Source of the DNA: Elusimicrobiota bacterium
Lineage (GTDB): Bacteria > Elusimicrobiota > Endomicrobiia > Endomicrobiales > JBDRNC01
Direction: 5' to 3'
Assembly (NCBI GenBank): GCA_043811535.1
Contig: JBDRNC010000008.1
Span: 1 to 64,000 of the forward strand
Length of the DNA stretch: 64,000 bases
Below the pieces are notes generated by a model. The model was given only the letters and a program-made list of their open reading frames with translations. It searched no databases and had not been told where the DNA came from. The translations under genes and the position numbers were made by a program. Below are positions 27,813 through 36,501 of this stretch, piece after piece. The number at the start of each line of letters is the position of its first letter. Within the stretch, counting starts at the first letter, position 1.

Positions 27813-29405
27813 ATGAATTTACTAAAACAAATCATTCTGTTTATTAAATGGAAATTTTGTGGTCATTTCAGTCCTGCTAGCGGTTTTTTTTCCTTCTTCC
27901 ATCTTCATTCTTCCATCTTGCTGTTACTATTTCTTCCTTCTTCCATCTTCCTTCTTCCATCTGACGCCTTCGGCGTCACCATTCATCCCAAAGCCGGCAC
28001 TACTTCCGCCACGTTCCTTAAACTGGGAGTCGGAAGCCGGCCGAACGCGATGGGCGGCACTTTCGCGGGCCTTGCCGACGACGTGACCGCGATGTACTGG
28101 AATCCGGCCGGCCTCGGGCGGCTGAAGAATCCGGAACTCCACCTCACGCATAACGAAGTATTCGAGAATATCCGCCATGATTTCGCGGCGTATTGTTTCC
28201 CGAAATGGAACGGCATGCTCGGCATCGCGATTTTCGGCCTTTACATGCCCAAGGATATAGAAAAGCGCGGGGGACTTAACGAATCCGACCCGTACGAGCC
28301 TATCTCTCCCGTGGAAGGATACTTCACCGCGTACGATATGGCCGCGCAGGTCTCTTACGGAAGGAAATACAGGAAAAACACGTTCACCGGCGCGAGCTTC
28401 AAAGTTATCAGGCAGACGATAGACACCGAAAGCGCCTACGGCGCGGCGTTAGACCTCGGCATTCTGCACCAGTTTGAAAGCGCGCCCCTTTCCGCGGGAT
28501 TTGTGATCCAGCATATCGGCACGCCCATTAAATTCATCAATACCGGGTACGACCTTCCGCTTAATATCAAGCTCGGAGCGGCCTACAGGTGGAATGAACG
28601 GCTCATGACGACGCTGGACTTCAACCAGCCGAACGACAATTACCTTTTCACTTCCGCCGGGATGGAATACAGCATCCTCAGGTTTATGGCCGTGAGAGCC
28701 GGCTATAAGTACCGCCTGAACGGGCTTGAACTCGGCGACTTGTCCGGGCTGTCTGCCGGGGTCGGTTTTATTTTTCCGCTCACGAATTCGCGTCTTAAAT
28801 TCGATTACGCGTTCCTGCCTTACGGCGTGCTGGGCAATTCGCACCGCATTTCCATAGGAGTGGAGTTCGGCAATTTTGAATCGGAATACTTCGGCCAGAC
28901 GCGGAAAGAGCCCGCCGCGGAAAAAAAGAAACAGACGCGGAAAACCGAGCCAGCGCCGCCTCCGCCTGTAATCGAACCGCAGCCTGCCGTTGACAAATTG
29001 AAGGATTACACGGTTTTTAAAACACAGATAAATTCAGGCGTCAAAACGGCGAACAACCGTTCTTCCCTATTCATTATCAACGCGGTCTCATCCGGAGGCG
29101 ACATAAAGAGCGTTGACGCCGTACTGCGCGCGAGATCGGCGCAGGACCTAGAGATAGATATCGGAGAAAAACCCGGAGCGCCCGGGGAAAAGACATACAA
29201 AAACTTCGCTTTCAGGACAAACTCGCCCGCGCCCATCCAGAAAGCGGACATCAAGCTGCGCCTGCTCAAATCCGCCGTTAACCCGTCGGCAAGGACGCGG
29301 GATGGAAAGAATATAGTCCTTGAAAAAATATCCGAAGACGAAAACTCCATTACATACGGGCTGCAACTCAACGAACTGCAGGACTTCGCAATAGTTAGCG
29401 AATAG
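27813..29405 (+). CDS. PorV/PorQ (UPF0164)-like outer-membrane barrel protein with Pro-rich linker and extra C-terminal domain
   Basis: FLKLGVGSRPNAMGGTFAGLADDVTAMYWNPAGL signature. Barrel ends near FDYAFLPYGVLGNSHRISIGVEF, followed by PAPPPPVIEPQP and about 140 further aa. Confidence 0.85.
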   Translation: MNLLKQIILFIKWKFCGHFSPASGFFSFFHLHSSILLLLFLPSSIFLLPSDAFGVTIHPKAGTTSATFLKLGVGSRPNAMGGTFAGLADDVTAMYWNPAGLGRLKNPELHLTHNEVFENIRHDFAAYCFPKWNGMLGIAIFGLYMPKDIEKRGGLNESDPYEPISPVEGYFTAYDMAAQVSYGRKYRKNTFTGASFKVIRQTIDTESAYGAALDLGILHQFESAPLSAGFVIQHIGTPIKFINTGYDLPLNIKLGAAYRWNERLMTTLDFNQPNDNYLFTSAGMEYSILRFMAVRAGYKYRLNGLELGDLSGLSAGVGFIFPLTNSRLKFDYAFLPYGVLGNSHRISIGVEFGNFESEYFGQTRKEPAAEKKKQTRKTEPAPPPPVIEPQPAVDKLKDYTVFKTQINSGVKTANNRSSLFIINAVSSGGDIKSVDAVLRARSAQDLEIDIGEKPGAPGEKTYKNFAFRTNSPAPIQKADIKLRLLKSAVNPSARTRDGKNIVLEKISEDENSITYGLQLNELQDFAIVSE

Positions 29406-29412
29406 CGTGTAC

Positions 29413-29491
29413 GTAGGCGGCACTTAAGTGCCGCAATCTATTTTATGATTCATACAATTAATTTGGTTAAGGGACTTAAGTCCCTTCCTAC
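29413..29491. repeat. GTAG-type REP doublet, copy 1
   Basis: GTAG-GCGGCACTTAAGTGCCGC ... AAGGGACTTAAGTCCCTT-CCTAC. A near-copy lies at 61640-61719. Confidence 0.85.
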
Positions 29492-29495
29492 AATT

Positions 29496-30329
29496 ATGGA
29501 AAAAAGCATTCTCGCAAGAAATATCCTCATCCACGGGCAATTCGGTGAAATCGCGAAAAAACTCTCCGAAGAAAACCTTCCTGTAATCCTGCTTAAGGGA
29601 ATCGCGCTAATAGAGGCCATGCCGGAATACATGAACGGGCGCGTCATGCAGGACATCGACCTGATGTTTCGGCCGCAGGACATGGGAAAGGCAAGGGGAA
29701 TATTATCCGGGCTGGGCTACAAACCCGCGCCGGACGACCCGTGGTCTTTCATCAGAGAAGGCGGGCAAGCTTACGTGGATATAATCGACGGGTTATGGTA
29801 TCTGGACAGGGATGAAAACGCAGAATTATGGAAAGCCAGCGCGGATTACGCGTTGTCCGGGAATGTCTTTCATCTTCCGCCCGATGAGTTTTATATCCAC
29901 GTGCTCACCCACGCCGCGGCCCATCACGGGCAAAAGGAAGACAAGTGGCTAACCGACCTCGAACTTATCGGGAAGAAGTGGAAATTACGTGAAACCGAGA
30001 TATTTGAAGGGAAATTGAAAGAATACGGCCTGGAAAAAATCTGCAGGACCTACCTGAAAGGCGGAAAAGGGTTCTATTCCGGCATCATCAATTCGTCGCT
30101 TCCTCTGAAAGGCCACGTACTCAGGTTTTTGTCGCTGAGGCCGGGAATGAAAATCGGTTATCTGTTCTCTTCCCTGTTTCCGCCAAGGGAATTTCTAGCT
30201 TCAAGGTACCGCGCCAAAAGCGGGCCGGCCGTTCTCTTTTTCAGATTCCTGCGCCCCTTTCTGCTTGCCGGAAAACTATTCTGTTTTGCCCGAAGGTCAA
30301 TTTTCCGCGCCTTGACGTTCAACAATTAA
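29496..30329 (+). CDS. Nucleotidyltransferase family protein (NTP_transf_5-like)
   Basis: VILLKGIAL...GRVMQDIDLM and H..H...KWLTDL motifs. Start moved to ATG 29496 because 29445 lies inside the REP element. Confidence 0.8.
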   Translation: MEKSILARNILIHGQFGEIAKKLSEENLPVILLKGIALIEAMPEYMNGRVMQDIDLMFRPQDMGKARGILSGLGYKPAPDDPWSFIREGGQAYVDIIDGLWYLDRDENAELWKASADYALSGNVFHLPPDEFYIHVLTHAAAHHGQKEDKWLTDLELIGKKWKLRETEIFEGKLKEYGLEKICRTYLKGGKGFYSGIINSSLPLKGHVLRFLSLRPGMKIGYLFSSLFPPREFLASRYRAKSGPAVLFFRFLRPFLLAGKLFCFARRSIFRALTFNN

Positions 30330-30348
30330 CAATTATCAATCAGCAATT
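30321..30348. repeat. Heptamer array (AACAATT-type, 4 units) at convergent gene junction
   Basis: AACAATT AACAATT ATCAATC AGCAATT overlapping the stop of the upstream gene. Confidence 0.7.
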
Positions 30349-30351
30349 TGT

Positions 30352-31119
30352 CTAATAACTTCCTAACTCGCCCTTGACTCTCGCCTTCCTGTACGCTGTG
30401 TTGAAACACACAATTCCGGCAACCAGAAAAAACATACCCCATAGCGCCTGAATTATTACCGCCTCAAAACCGGGGAATTTTCCGGCAGACAGGATCTGGC
30501 GCCAATCGTTCAGCATGCGCGTCGTGGGAAGATACTTTGCAAACGCCTGAACCTGCGCGGAAAATACCGTCAAGGGGAAATAAACCCCGCTAAGCAAATC
30601 AAGAATAACCGAAACAAACATGTTCACCGGGTCGCCGCGCTTATAAAAAACAATGAACGCCGCCGATATTAAACCCAGCCCGGCAAAAACCATGCAGCAA
30701 AAAATAAGATACGGCGCAAAAAGCATCATGTGGTGGAGCGGCAGGTTAGCCCCCAGAATGTATTTTCCTCCAAGAATAATTACCGCGAGTTCCGCCAGCA
30801 AAAGAATGAATTTTCCGGCGGTGGATGAAATTACCGTCGCCAGCGGGTTCGAGGGCGAAAGAAACAGGATTTCGGCCGTTCCCCAGTATTGCTCCATGCG
30901 GATATTTTCGGCAAAAACACCCAACCAGAACTGAAAAAACCGGCTGAACACTATGCCCACCAGCACGAACGAAAAATAGTCGTAAGTGACTATCATCCTG
31001 CCGATAAAATAGAATATAAGAAGCTGGAATCCGGCGTTTGCCAGCCTTAACAGGTAGTCAAACCTGTATTTTTTCTCTATCGCGATATCCCTGAACAAAA
31101 ATGCCTGAATGAGTTTCAC
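30352..31119 (-). CDS. ABC-2 type transporter permease
   Basis: Six hydrophobic segments; EQYWGTAEILFLSP and LLSGVYFPL ABC-2 motifs. Confidence 0.88.
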   Translation of the reverse strand: MKLIQAFLFRDIAIEKKYRFDYLLRLANAGFQLLIFYFIGRMIVTYDYFSFVLVGIVFSRFFQFWLGVFAENIRMEQYWGTAEILFLSPSNPLATVISSTAGKFILLLAELAVIILGGKYILGANLPLHHMMLFAPYLIFCCMVFAGLGLISAAFIVFYKRGDPVNMFVSVILDLLSGVYFPLTVFSAQVQAFAKYLPTTRMLNDWRQILSAGKFPGFEAVIIQALWGMFFLVAGIVCFNTAYRKARVKGELGSY

Positions 31120-31158
31120 TCAATAATCCTTTTACACATCAAAGAGGAAGGAGAAAAA

Positions 31159-31190
31159 TGAACGGCTTAAACGGTTTGAACTGTTTGAAC
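31159..31190. repeat. Nonamer array (AACGGTTTG-type)
   Basis: AACGGCTTA AACGGTTTG AACTGTTTG AAC between the ABC genes. Confidence 0.7.
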
Positions 31191-31195
31191 TTTCA

Positions 31196-31852
31196 TTATA
31201 TCAAACTGCCGTTCTCGAGCCGGCCGGTTCTGTCAGCGAGAAGTTTTGCCTCTTCCATATCGTGCGTCACAATAATGCATGTCACGCTGTTTTTCTTCAC
31301 ATATTCCTTTACGTAATCCTGAAGCGTTTTCTGAGATTCCGCGTCTAAACTTTTAGAGATCTCATCTATCAGCAAAACCCGGGGTTCCAATATCAGCGCT
31401 CTCGCGACAGCGGCCCTTTGCTTTATGCCGGACGAGCATTTTGACAAGGGCGTATCCTCCCATTCTTTCAGCCGGAACAGCTCAATAAACTTGTCCGCGC
31501 GAGCGCGAAGTTCGGAACCGCTCAGGCCGAAAAGCCTGGCGTAAAACACAAGGTTTTCCATGAGCGTAAGCGTCTGATAGAAACCGCGCTCGGTGTCATA
31601 AATAAGCCCCAGCGCGCGTCTTGCCATCCCGGGTTCTTCAAGAATGCTATGCCCGCACACGCTTGCGGTTCCGCGCGTCGGCAGTACTAATGTGGCCAGT
31701 ATTTTCAATAAGGTGGTTTTGCCTGAGCCGTTCGGGCCGGTGAGCGCGAATACCTCGCCTTTTTCCAAATTGAGGCTGATATCCCTGAAAACGTCCCTTG
31801 ACAGGGGGGGTATTCTGAACGTCTTGGACAAATTCTCAATTTTAATGCTCAT
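31196..31852 (-). CDS. ABC transporter ATP-binding protein
   Basis: Walker A GPNGSGKT, signature CSSGIKQR, Walker B LLIDE, H-loop VTHD. Confidence 0.93.
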   Translation of the reverse strand: MSIKIENLSKTFRIPPLSRDVFRDISLNLEKGEVFALTGPNGSGKTTLLKILATLVLPTRGTASVCGHSILEEPGMARRALGLIYDTERGFYQTLTLMENLVFYARLFGLSGSELRARADKFIELFRLKEWEDTPLSKCSSGIKQRAAVARALILEPRVLLIDEISKSLDAESQKTLQDYVKEYVKKNSVTCIIVTHDMEEAKLLADRTGRLENGSLI

Positions 31853-31861
31853 TTCAATGTA

Positions 31862-31890
31862 ATTTTACATTTTTTTTCTTGACTATTCAA
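31862..31890 (-). promoter_or_regulatory. Putative sigma70 promoter for the ABC genes
   Basis: Minus strand TTGAAT-17 bp-TAAAAT, ending 9 nt before ATG 31852. Confidence 0.55.
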
Positions 31891-31907
31891 TTTTTTTCAT
31901 ATATAAT
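31879..31907 (+). promoter_or_regulatory. Putative sigma70 promoter for the polysaccharide locus
   Basis: TTGACT-17 bp-TATAAT, ending 11 nt before ATG 31919. Confidence 0.7.
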
Positions 31908-31918
31908 TTTGATAGAAA

Positions 31919-32437
31919 ATGTTAAAATTTCTTAAAATTTTAACGCAAGACCCCATCCTCATAATAACCACCTTCGTTCTGGTGGCCGCTGTAGTAATTC
32001 TCGCCTGGGCGATAGCAGAATACTTCGGACTTTCAAAAAGAAATTTACATGGAACGCACCGGCAACAAGAGCCGCCAGGTTCCCCCGGCAGCGCCTACGG
32101 GGAAAATCCTTCGCAACCCCGGGAATCCGACCCCTACGTATTGTTTGAAGCGCGGATGAATGAGGTATCCAACCAGCTCTCCGAACTGGGCAGGAGGCTA
32201 TCCAACATAGAAAAGGGTTTGAACCAGAAGATCGCGCGCGACCAGACAATACCAGCCATGACAAACACCGCCGAAATGGAAAAATTCATACTGCGCATAG
32301 AAAAACGGCTTGAGCTCCTGGCATCGGACAAGGGGCAGGTATCAGGCGACACGCTGTCCAAGCTGGAAGCGAAAATAGAAGGCATCCATAAACTGCTCAT
32401 TGTGCTGACTGACGGCAGCAGTCCTGAAGAAAAATGA
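31919..32437 (+). CDS. Hypothetical membrane-anchored coiled-coil protein
   Basis: N-terminal TM helix, Pro/Gly linker, heptad-rich C-terminus; ATGA overlap with next gene. Confidence 0.75.
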   Translation: MLKFLKILTQDPILIITTFVLVAAVVILAWAIAEYFGLSKRNLHGTHRQQEPPGSPGSAYGENPSQPRESDPYVLFEARMNEVSNQLSELGRRLSNIEKGLNQKIARDQTIPAMTNTAEMEKFILRIEKRLELLASDKGQVSGDTLSKLEAKIEGIHKLLIVLTDGSSPEEK

Positions 32438-32901
32438 ACCAAAAGAACCTGGTTTCACTTATAATCCTTGATGTAATCGTAATCGCTTTCGCGATAGGGT
32501 TGATTGCCCTGCGCTACAAGTCCCTGACAAGCTACGAGCTGCAGCCGCTGTTCCAAACAACGGGTTCCACCGTGAAAGACGCCGTTCCTCAGGCAGGCAA
32601 ACCCGCAAATACTTCGGTCGCGAAGAAGCAGGGGGAAGTGAAACTGCGGAATATCGGGTTCACGTTCAGGAATTCAAAAGTAAAAAAAGTCGCCATAATA
32701 GGCAGTTTCAACAACTGGATACCGCAGGCGCTGGTTAAAGGCGAAAACCACACGTGGAAGATAAATCTTTCTCTGCCCCCCGGCGAATACGCGTATAACT
32801 TTGTCGCCGACGGCAGGCCGTTGAAGGACCCCAATAACACAAAGGTCTGCAACGCCGGGCGCGGATTTACGAATTCATACTTGAAAATCGAGCCTAAATA
32901 G
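32434..32901 (+). CDS. Membrane-anchored glycogen-binding (CBM48/AMPK-CBM-like) domain protein
   Basis: N-terminal TM; KVAIIGSFNNW...WKINLSLPPGEYAYNFVADG...DPNN motif. Confidence 0.82.
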   Translation: MNQKNLVSLIILDVIVIAFAIGLIALRYKSLTSYELQPLFQTTGSTVKDAVPQAGKPANTSVAKKQGEVKLRNIGFTFRNSKVKKVAIIGSFNNWIPQALVKGENHTWKINLSLPPGEYAYNFVADGRPLKDPNNTKVCNAGRGFTNSYLKIEPK

Positions 32902-32904
32902 CCA

Positions 32905-34458
32905 ATGAACAAAAAAACAACCCTATTCACCCTGATTCTCACGCTTGCATTCGCGTTTTTAACCGTGTCACCGGCAATCGCCGCGCTGTCCAAAAAAACG
33001 CTTGATAACGACCTCACTTACTACCGCAAAACGTCAAATGAACAGAAGCTTGACGCTAACGACCGCTATTACATACTGCTTAAGATAGAAGATAAATACA
33101 AAGGCACCAAAATAGACCTGGCGCCCCTGAAAAAAGAAATAGCCAAGCTGGAACTCGCGAAGAAAGATCCGGACGAAACCGCGGCAGGCATTGTTTCGGG
33201 CATTTCCGCGGAAGATACCGGTATGGATTCAAGGATCGCCATAACTGCCGGCGGCGTACAGCGCACCAATTATTTCATCATGCGCGATCCCGACCCGGCT
33301 GTCAAGCCGAAACTGATACTTGACCTCTACGGCGTGCAGGAAAAACTCAGCGATAAAGACAAGGACATCCAGGTCAACAGCGGCGCGTTTTCAAATGTCA
33401 GGGCCGGACAATTCCAGCAGGACCCCGAGAAAATAGTGCGCATAGTGGCCGAGTTCCGCGAAGAAAAACCGTATAAGATAAAGAACGAGCAGGACAAGTG
33501 GCTCATAATCGTTGAAAAGAGCAAGCAGGAACAGTCCGCTTTCGCCGCGGCGCCGCCTGTTACCGGGGCAGCCGTGACAGGATCAACGGATATCACTGCT
33601 TCCACGCAGGCAAAAAGCAATGCTCCTGTAAATTACACCATTGATACCGGCGACGTTCTGGGAATACTTGTTTACCCCGCCGAAGAACTCTCAAGAGAGA
33701 CCGTCGTCCAGATAGACGGAACGATAACGATGGCGCTGATAGGACAGATAGAAGCGAAAGGACAAACCACCAAAAAACTTGAAGATACTCTAATACAGAA
33801 ACTGGGCAAATACATATCAAACCCGCAGGTATCCGTCACGGTGAAGCAGTTCAGCAGGCGCCAGGTCTTCATCACGGGCGAGGTCCGCTCCGTGGGAGCG
33901 TACAGCTACAAAGAAAACATGCGCCTCATGGATTTCATCTCACAGGTCGGGGGATTCACGGATAACGCGAACCGCAGCGATATCAAGATATACAGGGGCC
34001 CCCCGACAAAAAGGCAGACAATCAAGGCGGACGTAGACGAACTCATCCGTTCCGGGGATTTTTCCAAGGATTTCGCTCTTGAACCGGGGGACATCATTGA
34101 AGTGCCCAAGGGAGCCAAAAAAGTCGCGGTTCTCGGCGACGTCAACAAACCGGGCTATTACGACTACAGGGAAAACCTGCGCATACTGGAACTTGTGTCG
34201 CTTTCGGGAGGCTTCACGGATTCGGCGAACATATCCAAAATCAACGTCATAAGAGACGCAGGCGGGAAAGACAGGAAAGTGATTAAAGTTGACCTTAAAA
34301 AAGTGCTTAACGGGAAAGAAAAGGATACCGAAATCCAGAGCGGCGATACTGTATATATTCCAAAGAAAGCCATGGCCTCGGGCAATTTGTTCTTGAATAC
34401 CATTTTGCCATGGCTTAGCCTGATTGTCCTGATAATCGCGATCCGCGGAGCAGTATAA
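32905..34458 (+). CDS. wza: Polysaccharide export (OPX/Wza-like) protein with AMIN domain and two SLBB domains
   Basis: Signal peptide; AMIN-like PKLILDL...VRAGQF...VRIVAEF; Poly_export YTIDTGDVLGI...DGTITMALIG; SLBB VFITGEV and VAVLGDVNKPG. Confidence 0.85.
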   Translation: MNKKTTLFTLILTLAFAFLTVSPAIAALSKKTLDNDLTYYRKTSNEQKLDANDRYYILLKIEDKYKGTKIDLAPLKKEIAKLELAKKDPDETAAGIVSGISAEDTGMDSRIAITAGGVQRTNYFIMRDPDPAVKPKLILDLYGVQEKLSDKDKDIQVNSGAFSNVRAGQFQQDPEKIVRIVAEFREEKPYKIKNEQDKWLIIVEKSKQEQSAFAAAPPVTGAAVTGSTDITASTQAKSNAPVNYTIDTGDVLGILVYPAEELSRETVVQIDGTITMALIGQIEAKGQTTKKLEDTLIQKLGKYISNPQVSVTVKQFSRRQVFITGEVRSVGAYSYKENMRLMDFISQVGGFTDNANRSDIKIYRGPPTKRQTIKADVDELIRSGDFSKDFALEPGDIIEVPKGAKKVAVLGDVNKPGYYDYRENLRILELVSLSGGFTDSANISKINVIRDAGGKDRKVIKVDLKKVLNGKEKDTEIQSGDTVYIPKKAMASGNLFLNTILPWLSLIVLIIAIRGAV

Positions 34459-34605
34459 CAACATGACCGTATCTCGTTGTTCGTATGCCCTGACGGGTAC
34501 TTCGGTTTAATTGAACTATTGTAGGTCGTCTCGTATCTAGATAAAGTAGTTCAGCCATTAAGCCGTTTAACCATTTAGCATTGGTTTATTTTTTGGAGTT
34601 AAACT

Positions 34606-36501
34606 ATGGCTCAATATGAACTGAACCTGCACGACTACTGGCGCATCGTAAAGAAAAGGCGCTGGACCATACTTTTCACGCTTTCAGCCATTGTCGGCTC
34701 GGTTATGGTCTTCACAAAACTCCAGACGCCGGTTTACCAAGCGACCGCGACGGTCAAGGTTGAGCCGCAGATGGAAATAAGGGGCATTTCAACGGGCCAA
34801 TCCGACTGGGATTATTATACGGCGCTCAATACCGAAGTAAAGATAATAAAAAGCGCGCTAGTCGCGGAGCGCGCCGGCATCAAGCTCGGGCTTATCACTT
34901 CCGAAATGACCGAAACACAGAAAGAACCGATAATAGCCGCGATACAAGGGAAAATCAGCGCGGAAAGGGTCGGCGACACGAATCTTATCAATATTTCCGC
35001 GGCCTCGTCCAATCCTGCGGAAACCGCCAAACTCGCCAACGCAACTGCCAATGTTTATATAGAAAAAGGTATTGATGACAGGAGCAGAAGAGCCCGTGAA
35101 TTGCGCATATTCGTAGAACAGCAGCTGACGGAAGCAGAAACAAAATTAAAGAAAGCGGAAAACGACCTGAGATCTTATGGTGAATCGGCCGGCGCGAAAG
35201 GTATGGGTAATTTTCTCGCGACTCGCCTTCTTGACATGCAGACAAGAAGAACCGATCTTCTCAAGAAATACACCGAGCAGCATCCCGAAGTGAAGAAGAT
35301 GGACCAACAGATGAAAGACCTGGAAACTCAAATGCAGGCGATGCCCGCGGAAGAGCGCGAATACGCGCGGCTTGCACGAGAACTAAGAATAAACGAAGAG
35401 CTCTATGTTCTTCTTGCTAAGCGCTACAAGGAAGCCCAAATAAGCGAAGCCGACAGGGTCCAGTCCGCGTTTATCGTGACCCCCGCGATAGTGCCCGGAG
35501 CGCCGGTCAAGCCCAACAAGATGGTTAATCTCCTTGTGGGAATAGTGCTCGGGTTCATTATTGGATTCGTGCTGGCCCTGCTCATAGAAAACATGGATAC
35601 TTCCATCGGCACCATAGAAGACGTGGAAAAATTCCTGAGTTTGCCCGTTCTGGGAATCATCCCGCACATTGAACCCGACGCGAAATTCAAGACGCTTCTT
35701 GAAAAATCAGCCGGGCGAACCGAGCAGAAAGTCATCAACCTGAGGTCAAAACTCATTGTATACCATACCGTAAAATCGCCTTTTGTGGAGGCATATCATA
35801 CTTTGCGCACAAACCTGAAGTTCGCCCTACCTAAAGAAAAGGGGAATATTCTCGCTTTTGTCAGCGCAGGCATCAGCGAGGGAAAAACGATATCCGCCGC
35901 GAATTACGCGCTCGCGGCCGCGCAGAGCGGAATTAAAACCCTGCTGATTGAGGCCGACCTCAGAAGGCCCACCATACACAGGATTTTCGGTTTACCCAGG
36001 GATCCCGGATTTTCAGACTGCCTAATAGGCATGAAAAGATGGACCGAGGTGACCCGCGGCATGACCGATTTTGTTATGAGCGAGCTTTCTGCGGAAGTCA
36101 TAATCCAGTATCCGGGAATAGAGAACCTGGGCATCATCACGTCCGGCCCGATACCTCCGAACCCGATAGACATGTTTAATTCGCCGGAACTGCAGAAAAT
36201 TGTCTTTGAGATGAAGGAACAGTACGATCTCATCGTTCTCGACTGCCCGCCTGTCCTGCTTTTTGCCGATTCACTCATACTCGGCACGATAGCGACCGGA
36301 ACGATAATCGTCTATCAGGTGGGAAGGATGGCGCGCGGGGCGCTGAAGCGCGCCAAAGACACAATGCTGAACGTCAAGGTCCCTGTCCTCGGAGTCATAC
36401 TGAACGACATAACGGCAATAGAGATGGAACCTCACTACGGTTATTACCACAACTACAAGTACTACACGTCACCGGAAGAACCTAAAAAACCGCCATTATG
36501 A
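34606..36501 (+). CDS. wzc: Polysaccharide co-polymerase / tyrosine autokinase
   Basis: Two TMs flanking a coiled coil; EAYHTLRTNL; Walker A SAGISEGKT; ADLRRP; LDCPP; Tyr-rich tail HYGYYHNYKYY. Confidence 0.92.
   Translation: MAQYELNLHDYWRIVKKRRWTILFTLSAIVGSVMVFTKLQTPVYQATATVKVEPQMEIRGISTGQSDWDYYTALNTEVKIIKSALVAERAGIKLGLITSEMTETQKEPIIAAIQGKISAERVGDTNLINISAASSNPAETAKLANATANVYIEKGIDDRSRRARELRIFVEQQLTEAETKLKKAENDLRSYGESAGAKGMGNFLATRLLDMQTRRTDLLKKYTEQHPEVKKMDQQMKDLETQMQAMPAEEREYARLARELRINEELYVLLAKRYKEAQISEADRVQSAFIVTPAIVPGAPVKPNKMVNLLVGIVLGFIIGFVLALLIENMDTSIGTIEDVEKFLSLPVLGIIPHIEPDAKFKTLLEKSAGRTEQKVINLRSKLIVYHTVKSPFVEAYHTLRTNLKFALPKEKGNILAFVSAGISEGKTISAANYALAAAQSGIKTLLIEADLRRPTIHRIFGLPRDPGFSDCLIGMKRWTEVTRGMTDFVMSELSAEVIIQYPGIENLGIITSGPIPPNPIDMFNSPELQKIVFEMKEQYDLIVLDCPPVLLFADSLILGTIATGTIIVYQVGRMARGALKRAKDTMLNVKVPVLGVILNDITAIEMEPHYGYYHNYKYYTSPEEPKKPPL

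Noticed and set aside
29445..29495. N-terminal extension of the nucleotidyltransferase
   Set aside because: It lies inside the REP doublet also found non-coding at 61640; ATG 29496 is preferred, though its RBS is weak.
29496..31852. Complete lasso peptide/RiPP cluster
   Set aside because: No precursor, cyclase, leader peptidase or RRE gene is visible.
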